NCBI RefSeq assembly: GCF_006345805.1
Contig: NC_043005.1
Location: forward strand, 67,890,001-67,954,000
Direction: 5' to 3'
Origin: Octopus sinensis
Taxonomy: Eukaryota
DNA: 64,000 nt
Position 1 is the stretch's first letter, and each line of letters opens with the position of its first letter. Position numbers and translations under genes: made by a program. Positions 48,701 through 59,758 of this stretch are shown piece after piece. The notes beneath the pieces are model-generated. The model searched no databases, was not told where the DNA came from, and saw only the letters and a list, made by a program, of their open reading frames with translations.

Positions 48701-50580
48701 GCATATGAGATCATTCCACTGAAAAGAAATCACATCCCAGCAGATAAAGCTTGTTTACCTAAAATAGCAATACTAGTTGGGGTAAGTCTAAGTTACATAC
48801 AAATACTTAGAATAAATTAATAGGAATTAATCCAGCTGCAAAGACATTAAGTTTCAAAAGTCAAATGAAATAGGAAAGAAAGAGCAGTTAATGTAAGAAC
48901 AGGCATTGCTCAGACAGCAGCAAGTGTCTCCAGATGTATCCTCCATATGAGGAATTGTCACAATCAGATTAGTTTAATTTCATCATCATTGGTGTTAGGA
49001 AGGGCTTCCAGCCATAGACACCAAGCCAAAACAAACTATGGAACCTAGTGTGGCCCCCTGGATTTGCCAATTCCTATCAAGTCGTCCAACCCATGCCAGC
49101 ATAGAAAATGGATATTAAATATTGATGAGGAGGGTGAGGATCATCATCATCATTTTATTGTCCACTTTTCTGTGTTCACGTGGGTTGGATGGAATTTACT
49201 GAAGATGCCCTTCCCGTCACTAATCCTCACCTCTTTCCAAGCAAGGTAATATTTCCCCAAGACCAAACATGTTTTCACAGAAAATTGGAAATAATGGACT
49301 GCTTATATGACATTCATGCAACATCAAGGCAAGGGCACACACACACACACAACAGGCTTCTTTCAGTTTCTAACGAATCCCAAAAAGCTTAGACCATCCC
49401 AGGGCTATAGTAAAAGACACTTGCCCAAGGTCCACACAGTGGGATTAACCCTTTAGCATTTAAACTGGCCATATCTGGCCAAAATATTCTCCCCTGTTTT
49501 ATGTTCAAATTGGCCAGATCTGGCCTCTCACATCAGCCCTACCATATAATTCTAAAAATGAATAGTTACTTCATCAAAATCTCAAAGCTACAAGATAATG
49601 GCAGGATTAATTTAAAACAATGTGAATAAATAAGCATTACTTTTGATAGAATAACATGAATACTAAAGGGTTAAACTAGAAACCATGTAGTTGGGGAGCA
49701 AACTTGTCAGTCACACTACCATTTCTACACCTTATATATAGTCATAGAAGTATAACTCTAGAGAATTCACCAAGTCTATTATTATTCTGGAGAGCCTAAC
49801 CCTGTTTGTGTCCTTGTTCTCACTGCAGCTCAGTGCTGTTAATTGGGTCAAACTCATTTATGATTATCGTTAAACCAGGTAACAATATTTTTTTCAACCT
49901 GTTTCCTTTTTATGTTTTATTTTTATGCCATTTCAGGTGAAAGTGCTGGAGGGAACTTAGCCACTGCTGTTGCACTTCGACTCGCATCTGAAACTACGCT
50001 TCCTCGTATTAAGAGTCAAATTCTTCTGAGTCCTTTGCTTCAAGCTTTTGATTTGTCCCTTCCTTCTTATACTTTGCAAAATTTGAGTATTAACTTTATG
50101 GATAGAAAATGGATAGCTTCTTACTGGTTGCTTTATGGCGAAGGGAATACTGAAAACCTTGACAGTTTATTAAATAGTAACCACATAAGCCCGTCATTAA
50201 AATCTTCTGATTATGCAAAGTCCGTTTCAATAGACTTACTTCCAGAAGAATTTCGTAATCAGCCTCGTGTTAGTATCAACACAACAAAATATGATGAGAA
50301 ATTTGCTATTCCATTTGAAAGACTTTTGCTTAACCCCTATTTTTGCCCCTTGTTTGGAAGAAATCTTAAAAATTCTCCCCCTGTATATATGATATCATGT
50401 GCATTTGATACTGTACGTGATGAAAATTTCCTATATGTACGCAAGCTAAAAGATGCTGGTGTGGAAGTCCAACATGATCATTACGAAGGTGCTGTTCATG
50501 GTTTACCAACAATTGAATATTTTGATATAAGTGACACAGTCATAAAGAAGCTTTCAGAGTATATTCAAAACAGTATATAG
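16469..50580 (+). CDS. AADAC: Arylacetamide deacetylase / neutral cholesterol ester hydrolase 1-like esterase (HSL-like alpha/beta-hydrolase), 6 coding exons, 402 aa
   Basis: Hand-spliced CDS 144+102+133+64+122+644=1209 nt, open from ATG to TAG. Motifs: hydrophobic N-terminal anchor then [18 protein letters not shown] oxyanion loop, [17 protein letters not shown] nucleophile elbow (S191), AFDTVRD (D346), GAVHG (H376). The symbol is family-level only; orthology to AADAC versus NCEH1/AADACL cannot be decided without a tree. Confidence 0.93.
16661..17193. mobile_element. Head-to-head fold-back pair of a tRNA-headed, HHR-containing SINE-like element
   Basis: Arms 16661-16920 and 16935-17157, 14-nt spacer. 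A-box TGGCTTAGTGG (minus copy), B-box GAGTTCGATTCC (plus copy), (AAT)n linker, HHR motif in each arm. Confidence 0.85.
17068..17113 (+). ncRNA. Minimal type-I hammerhead ribozyme motif, sense strand of intron 1
   Basis: GACAC CTGATGA a AGCTG-10nt-CAGCT GAAA TG TT^GTGTT. The mirror copy at 16703-16748(-) has GAAA mutated to AAAA. Confidence 0.75.
21149..21363 (+). mobile_element. tRNA-derived SINE, family B (Nin/Deu-like central box)
   Basis: ggcggtgagctagcagaatc head, gttcaaattc B-box, gactttgcc...aagtaccag core, 13-bp TSD TATTACTAAATAC (21132-21144 / 21364-21376). Other copies at about 17215-17400, 20200-20425(-), 20671-20885, 25664-25881(-), 28400-28639(-), and 61790-62260 (split by a family C insertion). 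Confidence 0.85.
22380..22990 (-). mobile_element. Decayed non-LTR RT fragment (R4/Dong-like)
   Basis: Minus strand reads GIFQGG* (22801-22821) and HLFMDDTKL (22703-22729), with many stops. Confidence 0.7.
24818..24880 (-). ncRNA. Mirror copy of the PLE hammerhead motif with mutated stem III
   Basis: Minus strand: TGGGAT CTGATGA ... GAAA CCTAAGATA^ATCCTA. The cleavage triplet is AUA and one stem III pair is broken. Confidence 0.6.
25519..25581 (+). ncRNA. Minimal type-I hammerhead ribozyme motif, sense strand of intron 1
   Basis: TGGGAT CTGATGA(25525-25531) ...stem II... GAAA(25563-25566) CC-taa-GG TA^ATCCCA. 6-bp stem I; the base of stem II is weak. Confidence 0.75.
26913..28099 (-). mobile_element. 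RTE-clade LINE fragment with internal deletion
   Basis: [19 protein letters not shown]...[15 protein letters not shown]...[13 protein letters not shown], then joined to WPCSICRKG...[12 protein letters not shown]. The YADD region is missing. Confidence 0.9.
28767..28868 (+). CDS. AADAC-like coding exon 2 (34 aa)
   Basis: tttttctcttaccacag acceptor; [34 protein letters not shown]; GTAAGA donor; phase 0-0. Fills the expected gap, and SNDKIT|VVDENF aligns with vertebrate AADAC SDENVT-VTETKF. Confidence 0.85.
29395..30702. repeat. Large cryptic (TA)n/(TATG)n/(TATATG)n array
   Basis: Direct reading; it explains the spurious YI/VC/M-rich ORFs. Confidence 0.97.
30703..33563 (-). mobile_element. 5'-truncated, decayed CR1/L2-group LINE
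   Basis: APE C-half (YRPP...LLMGDFNLP...TLDLCF), RT ([10 protein letters not shown]...DFAKAFDKV...SYADDTK), 3' stem-loop and (AATC)n tail at 30703-30729. Contains frameshifts and deletions. Confidence 0.92.
33623..33722. other. Assembly gap (100 N)
   Basis: Run of exactly 100 N; the true size is unknown. Confidence 0.99.
33723..34925 (+). mobile_element. 3' part of a second, diverged CR1/L2-group LINE
   Basis: [47 protein letters not shown]. 3' end ggtggtgccccagcatggcc... followed by short aagga(ttt) repeats. Confidence 0.9.
34931..36356. repeat. Large cryptic (TA)n/(TATATG)n array
   Basis: Direct reading; it explains the long low-complexity ORFs. Confidence 0.97.
36782..37006 (+). mobile_element. 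Short RTE LINE fragment, inverted homologue of 27877-28099
   Basis: ctctcgacccaaaataacgtggtgg...gacttgaggtatttc aligns closely with the reverse complement of 27877-28099. Confidence 0.88.
38024..38291 (+). mobile_element. Single arm of the fold-back element seen at 59759-60342
   Basis: tttggatctttaccc...gtttgtcactg aligns along the full length of the 59759-60029 arm. Confidence 0.85.
38339..38471 (+). CDS. AADAC-like coding exon 3 (oxyanion loop HPGGW)
   Basis: attgacag acceptor; [44 protein letters not shown] plus G; GTAAGT donor; phase 0-1. Shorter than the ORF-track cutoff. Confidence 0.92.
39480..39875. repeat. Local degenerate tandem duplication (about 200-bp unit)
   Basis: tttgacaagccaat(t/c)tgggaacctatacatggttgt...ttctagaaatagc occurs twice (about 39633-39690 and 39800-39856), with similar upstream text. 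Confidence 0.75.
41192..41255 (+). CDS. AADAC-like coding exon 4
   Basis: ttctttaatag acceptor; (G)[20 protein letters not shown](D); GTGAGT donor; phase 1-2, the same phases as the equivalent vertebrate AADAC exon. Confidence 0.88.
41638..41759 (+). CDS. AADAC-like coding exon 5
   Basis: aatttag acceptor; (D)[40 protein letters not shown](G); GTGAGT donor; phase 2-1. Confidence 0.93.
46879..47249 (+). mobile_element. Family C repeat: RTE-type 3' tail with (GAT)n end and internal 50-60-bp tandem units
   Basis: Three to four units of ggcacgtaaaaagcaccatcc...gccagc, then ggcgttaggaagggcatccagc...catggaaaacggacg-(gat)n. Copies at about 12835-12975, 13645-13755, 36360-36645, 45392-45690(-), 46480-46670(-), 52675-53350(-), 58860-59140 and 61897-62165(-). 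Confidence 0.8.
47753..48340 (-). mobile_element. 5'-truncated decayed mariner
   Basis: TA|cgagggagtacccaaaa TIR. Minus strand encodes [12 protein letters not shown]...[11 protein letters not shown]...[12 protein letters not shown]. Confidence 0.85.
49449..49670. mobile_element. piggyBac-type MITE inserted in a family A SINE
   Basis: TTAA|CCCTTTAG...CTAAAGGG|TTAA; the SINE sequence resumes on both sides. Confidence 0.85.
49937..50580 (+). CDS. AADAC-like coding exon 6 (catalytic S, D, H; stop)
   Basis: Long pyrimidine tract plus tttcag acceptor; (G)[13 protein letters not shown]...AFDTVRDE...GAVHGL...NSI*. Matches ORF 49912-50580 from its ninth codon on. Confidence 0.95.
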
Positions 50581-51492
50581 TGCTTACCTTGTTCCCGTTT
50601 TGAAATTTACCAAAATATTCCCTCCCACCTCTGCCACTAATTTCTACCAATTTCATTTGGTTTATTTATTTGGTTTTGCATATTTTCTTTTTGATTTAAT
50701 ATATAATGAAGATAACTTTATTTTTTTTTTTTGTCTTTACCATTTTATGATCCTTAATCACTAGTGTGGTGGTGTATAACAACCTAATAACATTCGTTCA
50801 TAATCCTTAGTCAAATCAAGAACAGTTATGGCATCAAGAAATATTATTTTCAACTTCATAGCATTACCTCTTTTCTATATTTCATCACTACTGTTTCTCT
50901 TCTTCTAATCTTCCTAATCCGTTTTACTCACATCTCTAGAACTCTATTTCTATGCCCATGTTTACACCCAAGCCCCAATCCACAGCAATTCAGATTCTTA
51001 GAATGAGAGAACACCTATTATTTACCAACATCTTGTTATTGTTCATGTGTTCTTAGGACTTAAGTTCTCAAGCAAGAATCAGTTTTGCAGCAGAAACCTT
51101 CTTTTGTTTCTCTTATATCACTAATCTCTTTGTAAAAAGTGAATCATTACAATATTTTCATTTTCTTTTCTTTTTTTTTTTTTTCTTACTGAAAATTCCA
51201 AGCTTCTTAGTTCATTATATCACAGCACCAAATACAAATAACGCTGCACATATCAAAGAAATAGCAACACACAACTAAATCTTTCTTCCTTGCAAATAAC
51301 AAACATAAAACAATCAAATTCGTTTGTAAATGTTGGACTTTACATTCTATAGCAACCTTTTGTGAAGACTAGAAATATTTCACAAAGACTGGTTTTTGTT
51401 TTTTCAGAGTTAGAAAATACTTAAGTTACTAACAACTGCCAGTTGCATACAGAGAACAAATACATCATCTGCTAAAATACCTTTTACAGTAC

Positions 51493-51498
51493 AATAAA
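51493..51498 (+). promoter_or_regulatory. Candidate polyadenylation signal of the AADAC-like gene
   Basis: First canonical AATAAA I could find after the stop codon, about 0.9 kb downstream. No transcript evidence. Confidence 0.4.
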
Positions 51499-51508
51499 CA
51501 TAGGCAAA

Positions 51509-51886
51509 TCTCTGTATATAAAGCTGAAGTTGTCTGTGTATGGCAGGTTTGGTAGCCTTCAACTAACACTATCTCCTCAGAGACCCTGTGGCGCAAGTTG
51601 ACCAAAATTGAGAAGGCTTGCTCTTCCTTCCCTAGAAGAAAAAATTCAAATCGGACCATGTTAACACCAAAAATTATTTACATCAAAAAGGTGCTTTTGT
51701 TTCTATGAAAATCCCTATTTTTTACGATTTTTTGACTGCTGTGTTGCCATTTTTCGGTGTATTTCAACCAGAAAAATGTTCGCTTAAAGAGAATAACAAG
51801 CTACATAATGCAAAATTTTTACTTTTCAAAAATTCCAATTCTAAAGGTTCGAAACCAACACGAGCAACGCCAGGCGATACTGCTAG
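51509..51886 (+). mobile_element. Non-autonomous Helitron
   Basis: A^TC 5' end, short GC hairpin (cgccaggcg) and CTAG^T 3' end. Second copy at 11476-11752. Confidence 0.8.
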
Positions 51887-52504
51887 TTCCATTTTAAAGT
51901 GATCTAAATTAAAACTTGCTATCAAAATTTCACATTAGTTTATGTTCTAAATGCCAGCTTAATAACGACAAAGTTGTTTCAATAAGTTTTTCATTATTCT
52001 ATAACTTAGCTGAAACAAAAGCACTGTATTTTAGTATAGATGTGGTAACAAAATGGTTAAGTTGCATGAGGTTTTGGTAAATACTAACTAATTTTTGTGC
52101 TCTAATTCAGGCATCCATCTCGCTTTCTTTCATCATCCTTGATGACTTCAATATTCACAACTCCTCTTGACTCTTTCAATCCACACACTCTAGCACAGAG
52201 ACTGAAGTTTGCACCATCATGAAGTCTCTTTACCTACTTCTGTCTTATACACTGCTTCTCCGAACACTTAAATTTTTTTTCTTTTTAACCCAAACTTTTG
52301 TTGGATTTAATCTGATACAGTTTCAAAACACTGAGTTGCTGTTCAGTCCTGATCAAGCAGACCTATGGCCAAAGTGTGCCACTATGACCATCCCATTTTA
52401 TTGCTGTGGTTAGAGAAGAATTTTGCTGCTACTTCTAACATGTCGAGGCTCTCTTGTAACTCACGAAATCATTGGATTATTTTTGATACCAGTATTATAT
52501 ATAT

Positions 52505-52592
52505 AACAGCCAGGTAACATTTCCACTGACATGATTAAAATATATATATATATATATTTTAATCATGTCAGTGGAAATGTTACCTGGCTGTT
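52505..52592. repeat. Perfect 88-bp palindrome centred on (TA)8
   Basis: 36-bp arms are exact reverse complements, and the (TA)8 centre is self-complementary. Confidence 0.97.
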
Positions 52593-53876
52593 TATTACAA
52601 AAGGCAGCATAAAGTATGTTTATTACTGTTATTGAAGTCTTGATTGAACAATATATATTTAAACTGCATTTATATCATCATCATCATCATCGTTTAATGT
52701 CCACTTTCCATGCTAGCATGGGTTGGACGATTTGACTGAGGACTGGTGAACCAGATGGCTGCACCAGGCTCCAATCTGATCTGGCAGAGTTTCTACAGCT
52801 GGATGCTCTTCATAATGCCAATCACTCCGAGAGTGTAGTGGGTGCTTTTACGTGCCACCGGCACGAGAGCCAGTCAGGCGGTTCTGGCAACGGCCATACT
52901 CAAATGGTGTTTCTTACATGCCACCTGCACAGGAGCCAGTCCAGGGGCACTGGCAACGACCTCACTTGAATGTTTTTTCACATGCCACCGGCACGGAAGC
53001 CAGTCTGCTGCTCTGGCAATGATCACACTCAGATGGTGCTCTTTGTGCTCCACTGGCACAGGTGCCAGTCATCAAATTTGATTCGATTTAGATTTCACTT
53101 GCCTCAACAGGTCTTCACAAGCAGAGTTTAGTGTCCAATGAAGGAAAGATACGCATATGTGTGCTGGTTACACCACTGGCATAGGCCATGGGTTATGGTC
53201 CCACTTGGCTTGCCAGGTCTTCTCACGCACTGCATATTTCCAAAGGTCTCGGTCACTAGTCATTGCCTCAGTGAAGCCTAATGTTTAAAGGTTGTGCTTC
53301 ACCACCTCATCCCAGGTCTTCCTGGGTCTACCTCTTCCACAGGTTCCCTCTATATATGTGTGTGTGTGTGTGTGTGTATATATGTATGTATCTGAATTGC
53401 CTTCAATCCTTAAAGAAGAGCAGAAAGTTCACTGGCTGTGAAGGTGTTATTCCTCACCTATGGAATATGGATTCAGGAATTTTCAATGAAATCCCACAAT
53501 GTCCTCATAATAAATTGACTTAGGTTTTTTTTTTAAATTATGAATTATAAATAATTTATTTGTTATGTTCCTACTAAAGCATGTGATTTAAAAAAAAAAC
53601 TTTTGATTTTATTGCTTGTATTTCATTAACCTTTGTATTCAATTCCATTTTGCCATCTTCTTTCTAATTAATAACAAAAAATAAATTGTAAATAAAACAT
53701 CTAAAAATGAAATGATTTTGTGTATTAATTATGATAAGAAAAATAATTGATTCTGCATTAAATCTGTTATGAAATATATTTTTTTCTTCTTGTTTAATTT
53801 CATTTAGTTGTATTTAGCAGAAGTGTTTTTTTTTTTTATTTACAAAATTACTTGTCCTAAAATGCATATTAATGTA

Positions 53877-55145
53877 CAAGGGTTGGCTGAAAAGTTCATA
53901 GGCTGATTGAGACACTAATAAAATGTGATTCAATGAGGTTTATTTTCAACATGTCCCCCTTGCAGTCTACACAATTCTTCCATTGGTGTTGCAGTGCTTG
54001 GATCTCATTGGTGAAGAAGCTTTCATCTTGTTAGCTAAAATTGATTAGGTGAGAGGGTAGAAGAAAACAAGTTGCAGTCAGAACTATAGGACAAGTCCTT
54101 TTTTTCATATTGGGGAACAGATGATAGTCAGATGGGGCCAAATCAGAACAGAGTGGATGATCAAACAATTCAAGTCCACAGTCATGCACAGCAACCATTG
54201 AAACCAAGGACTTGTGTGCAGGAATATAAGCTTGATGAACCAAGACTCCTTTTGTCAGTTCTCCTAAGTATTTGGTCCTAATAGTCTTTTGTAACTGCCT
54301 CAAGAAGTTGGCATAATACTCTTTATTGATGGTTTGGCCCTTTTGAAAATAGTCAATAAATGGAATGGTTTTAGCATTCAAAAACTCTACCCATCGTTTT
54401 CACTGCGGATGATACAACCTTGACCCTTTTTGGAGCAGGTGAGGAGGGGTGTTTCCACTGCATGGATTGTCTCTTTATCTCTGGATCAAAGTGATGTGGT
54501 CAACACACATTTGGACTTGGGGGATGTTCAAGGACACCAGCTGGATCTGGCTCAAGCAATGTCAGATTTCGCCATGATCTGATCAGCCTTTTGTGCTTTT
54601 GATCAGGTGTCAGAAGATATGGTACCCACCGAGCAGAAACCTTTATTGTGCAAACTATTCTCAAATCTCTCACAGCATAAGTTAATAGCATTGACTATTT
54701 GATTTATTGTCAATCACTTATCATCCATCACCATGTGCTGAACACAATCAATGTTTTCCTTAGTGGTGGCAGTTGCAGGTCATCCAGACATTGGGTCATC
54801 TTCAAGACTCCACCTTCCCATCTTAAATTCAGCTACCCACTTTTGCACTATTGATAAAGGTGGAGCATTATTCCCTAATACAGCAATCATATCAGCATGA
54901 ATGTCCTTGGAAGTTAAACTGTTTTTCTGTAGGTACTTGATAATACTTCGATGCCAAATTTTGTACATTTTCAAGAGAAGTTGCTACTAGTTACTTTTGA
55001 AGTCTTTGAACCGTGACATGTCAGTTCACCTGGAAAGAAACTATGCAGTTGTTAATAAGAACAGTTGAAATCAATGCATGCAAGATTTCAAAGCTCAAGT
55101 ATCACTCCTTCATAGTCAGCCTATGAACTTTTCAACACATCATCA
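53877..55145 (-). mobile_element. Near full-length decayed mariner (1269 bp)
   Basis: TA flanks and TIRs caagggttggctgaaaagttcataggctga / tcagcctatgaacttttcaacac. Transposase pieces: HRSIIKYL...VQKWVAEFK, SARWVPYLLT, SDLAPSDYHLFP. Confidence 0.9.
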
Positions 55146-57799
55146 TATAGCCAATAGTAAACAATACAAATATTTATCTACTGCTGTTATATATAATCTA
55201 ATAGACATTGTCAAATGTATATAAATGTCGTTTTTTTATCTCTCTACTGACAATTTAAAAAACGATGTTCTTTTACATTTGTCTACATGTATTACATTAC
55301 ACACCACAAGGATACCTAAAAATTTGTATTGTTTATCATTAGTTATACCTTCCTACATATTTCAGAGTGTGCAACATAAATTGTTGAGTTCATCCTTAAT
55401 GGATTAAACTTTTTATTATCCTTAAAGCGAGAATTTTGTTTTAGGTTTCAATTCTCAGGCCAAGCAGTCTGCTGGTTAATATGAAGGTTCCAGTGTTTTA
55501 TAATATCTATTTCTTCTTCATAATTTTTGCTCAATCACAGCTGCCTGTGACTGCCCAGTAACAAGCGTATGCTCACAAAGAAAATAACAAAACATATCAT
55601 TAATTGGATAAAATTTGAATTTGAGCATGGACATTTCTAAAGCACTTAATAACAACAAAATACATGCATGGATTATGTACTTCTAATTACATAGTGGTAA
55701 GTACTTTAAAACAAAAGCCAAATTCCAGCAACAAGCATCTATAATTTGATTCCAGCCATTAACTACACCTATTCTTCTCTTCACATTATCACTAATATCT
55801 TTGGGAAAAGCATGAACATCTCAGCATATTTTTTTTCCCGTTGCATACTTCAAGAAAAGCATAACAGGAAATAAGTCATTTTCTCCAATTCAAATGCTAT
55901 GATACCATAACAAGATTATATCTAGAAAATTTGTTTCTTAAAAGTAAAATCATAAGGCACACCTTGTACATAGCAATATTATCTTATCTAGCTATTATTT
56001 TTTATTTCAGATGTTAGTCTTGTTTACTTCTGTTTTATTTGTTGGTTTTTCAGCATTTTCTCAATGTCAAACATTGTTTATATAAATGTCACTGAAACGA
56101 GTTTGTAGAACAATGAATAAATATTTTTTTAAAGGTAGAAACTTGTGCTAAGAATAGAATATTTGGTCGGAATATAACCTTAGATTATCCATCACTGAAT
56201 CCTTTGGAGATCACATTCTTAAAGTATAGAATTAATGTACAAAAGTCTTTACTCTGTGGTGTGGTTTCACCATTTTGTGCGTATTTATTCTTTTCTTATT
56301 GGTCTCTCTCTTTGTGTGCCTACTCTTAGGTCAAATATGCAGATATATTCTTTGATCGATGATTTAATTCGCAACTGGAACAATCTAGATGTAAACAAGC
56401 CTTCATTTGTTTTATTTTAATTGGTAAAGGTTACAAAGTGATTCAAGAGCTAAGAGCTTTGTGTGTTAGCACTAAACCTAGTCCCACATACAAGTATGTG
56501 TGGGGTTTTCTTGTTAATGATTTCAGAAACTTTGTAGAGGCTATCATCAGACTCTATTTACATAATAGGAAAGTTTAAAAAAATTTCTGGGTTTTTAGTA
56601 AAACAAAGTGTAAAATTTGATAGCTAAAATTTATTTGTCTGCTCTTTATTTACAATAATCTAATAAACAATATATTTATGGGGAATATTCAAGATGGAAT
56701 TTACAGAATTGTAATATATATAGGTTGGAACACAACATAGTAGATTTTTACTTTTCTTTCTCCTACTTAGACTCATGATAGCATAGACAGACATGCTTGA
56801 TGGTAGAATTAGTAATGTGTTTGGGATTAGCAGTGTTCTGTTACATTCTCAGTTAAAACACTATCAAGAATGACTTTTCCATTCTTCCTTCTAAGGTCAA
56901 TAAGGTCAGTAAGATAAATACGAGTGAAATATGGAGACCAATTTAATCTACAATTGTGTTAGAAAATTTTTTACACTTTATTGGGCTTTCTATTGGTAGA
57001 AAAGACTCACATACTCAAGTCTTGATTCATTGAGGATATCAGCTTGTGGTCAATTACATGAGATTAATGGTTCTCAGTCAGGGTCTATATGGCCCCTGGG
57101 GGTCTGTATAAGATTTTGTTGTTAAAATTTATCTGCAATAAATCAGTTATATTTCTACAACAGACAAAATATTTTAACAATTTTTTTAAAACATAGAATG
57201 GCTATGAGGGCCATCTGAGTAAAATAGGAATAAAAGGGCCCCATAGGTAAAATAAAATGGTTGAGAAACACAATACTGTATACATCTTAAATATTCCTGT
57301 GTATCATGAGAGCAATCAATATACAGGTTGACAATTATTCTATACAGAACTAAGTAAAAGTTTTAAAATGTTGGAGTTTTAAGCATTATCTTCCTTTAAC
57401 ATATGTTTCCTATGCTGGCTTGGGTTGGATGGTTTAACAGAAGCTGGTATGCCAGAAGACAGCCAAACTCTTCTGTTTTCTTTGGCATGGTTTCTATGGT
57501 TGGATGCCTTTCCTAACACCAACCGTTAAAAGAATATACTGGGTCTGTTTATGAACTAAAAAATCTTGATTAAGTGGGTGCTTTTGTTTTAATTAATGAT
57601 TAATTCTTGTCAAGGAACCCCAAAATTTAAATTAAAACTAGGATGTAATGCAGAACTTGTCCAATCTTTGGCAGCACATTGACAACTCTATTAAAATGTT
57701 CACTAAGAAGTGAAAATCATCATTCAAAATAGATAGCAGTAACTTTATAAAGTTACTAAAGTCATATGTTAAACATGAGTAAACCCTTCAGATGCATAT

Positions 57800-58260
57800 T
57801 TTCTCCATCCATCTATCCCTTTTCTACACCTATTATTCTTGGGAGGGACATTCAGGTAGAGTCCTCGGGCATCTCCTCCATAGGGTCTTAGCAGAAACTA
57901 CTTTCATTACACTTATCAACTGGATTTTCAAGCTTGACCAGCTGAGCCTATGGATGATATCCAGCCATCTCAGCCTTTGTCTGCTCCCCGGTCCCCTGCT
58001 AGTTGGCCTGCCTTGAAAAATCCATCTTGTGATTCTTTCCTGCAACATTCCAGTCATTTGTTCATAGTGCCAGAGCTGTGACTTTCTAATGTGAAGAAGT
58101 AGTGGCTTGACCTGGAGAGATGCCTTCATCTCTTCGCTGCACACTCTGCTGAGTAACATTATTTTGAAGATCCTCCAAACAAGCACCATATCTGCTACTT
58201 GTATCCATGATTGTCCTCTTTCAGTCATTACCTGATATTCATGGCCATAGGTGAGGTTAG
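57800..58260 (-). mobile_element. RTE LINE 3' coding fragment
   Basis: LLLHIRKSQLWHY...GRPTSRGPGSRQRLRWLDII, typical of the RTE C-terminus. Confidence 0.8.
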
Positions 58261-59520
58261 GTCCAAAATCGACTTTTTCTTTTTACATTTAAAATAATTT
58301 CCCATGATTATTTTGAATCTCTGTTCAGTTGCAAGTTTTGGAGCAATTATATTTATAAATGAAAACCATGGAGATGCACTCTGAAATTGTTTCTGAGGGT
58401 TTCAAATTGTATACATGCCTGACTGTTGTCCATTCAACAGTTACAGTCTATAGAGAGAGCAAGCATTGAAATAATGTTGCATCTCATATATATATATAAA
58501 TATGGTTGGCTCTCACTTATGTAATATAGTTGGGTGCAGAACAGATTATCCTTGAGTTTGATATTCTCAAAATATAAAGCAGAGGAGATGACGCTGATCA
58601 GATCTGTTAATTGAAAGTTCTGGAAAATTTAGTCAATATACATAACCAGTAGGGTGGGGTGAATCTGGTCTACAAATCCAGCTGGTGAAAGCACTATAAT
58701 ATAAAGTATACAGTAAATCATGTTCTACTTAGTAAGATTAATAACGATCAGTAGATATTAAACTAGATGGAATACAGTAACGTTGATTATGAGTACTAAT
58801 GAGAGAGTTGAAGGAAAATACCTCAATAGACTATTACACATATGAAATGCAAAAGGCAATTACCAGCATTGCCTTACTGGCACATGTGCTGGTGGCATGT
58901 GTGAAAAGATTCGAGTAAGGTCGTTGCCAGTACTGCCTGACTGGCCCCCGTACTGGTGGCACATAAAAGCACCCACTACACTCTCAGAGTGGTTGGCGTT
59001 AGGAAGGGCATCCAGCTGTAGAAACTCTGCCAGATCATGACTAGAGCCTTGTGCAGCCATCTGGTTCGCCAGCCCTCAGTCAAAATCATCCAACCCATGC
59101 TAGTATGAAAAGCGGACGTTAAATGATGATGATGATGGCAAGGTCTCACAAATTAATTGGAAAAGCTTTAACTTGCTATGCAATTAATAAAAAATGAAAA
59201 ATTCTCTTTAATTGTGCATAAAGGTTAAAAACAACAAGTACAGTAAGAAGTATTACTTGAAAACTTTTAGAAACTATAGACATTGCAGTGTAGTCGTGTT
59301 TGATATATTATATAGTCTTGCTGCAGAATGTAGATGTACTAAAAATTCTTGGCACAATGGTTTATGTTTAGGCATGGTTAGGATTTCTGGCTCATTAAAT
59401 TGCCATCACATTCCACTAAACTCACAGTTCAAACAAATTATAGCTTACAGTTACATAAAAGACACTACATTATATACTGTAGTTTGACAACTGTTAAAAT
59501 TTCTGTTTGCATACAATATA

Positions 59521-59709
59521 TGAGGGGGTGCTGAAAAGTTCCTGGCTTTGAGTAAAAGAAAATACAGGGGAATCAGTTAAGTATGATTCACATACTTATT
59601 GTAACAGTCCTTCAGTTTTTCTAAACCCTGTAAAAGAACTCAGAAGGTTGGGCCTCTAACCAGGCCTTTTGTGATACCCTTAATGCCAGAATTTTTCAGC
59701 ACCTGTTCA
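59521..59709. mobile_element. Mariner-derived MITE (189 bp)
   Basis: TA|tgagggggtgctgaaaagttcctggc ... gccagaatttttcagcacctgttca|TA. Confidence 0.85.
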
Positions 59710-59758
59710 TATATGAAACTTAGGAACTTGAATTGACCAATTTATATTTAAACATTCA

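Noticed and set aside
49912-49936. ORF-track start MFYFYAIS as the protein N-terminus
   Set aside because: This is the intron 5 polypyrimidine tract and acceptor; the exon starts at 49937.
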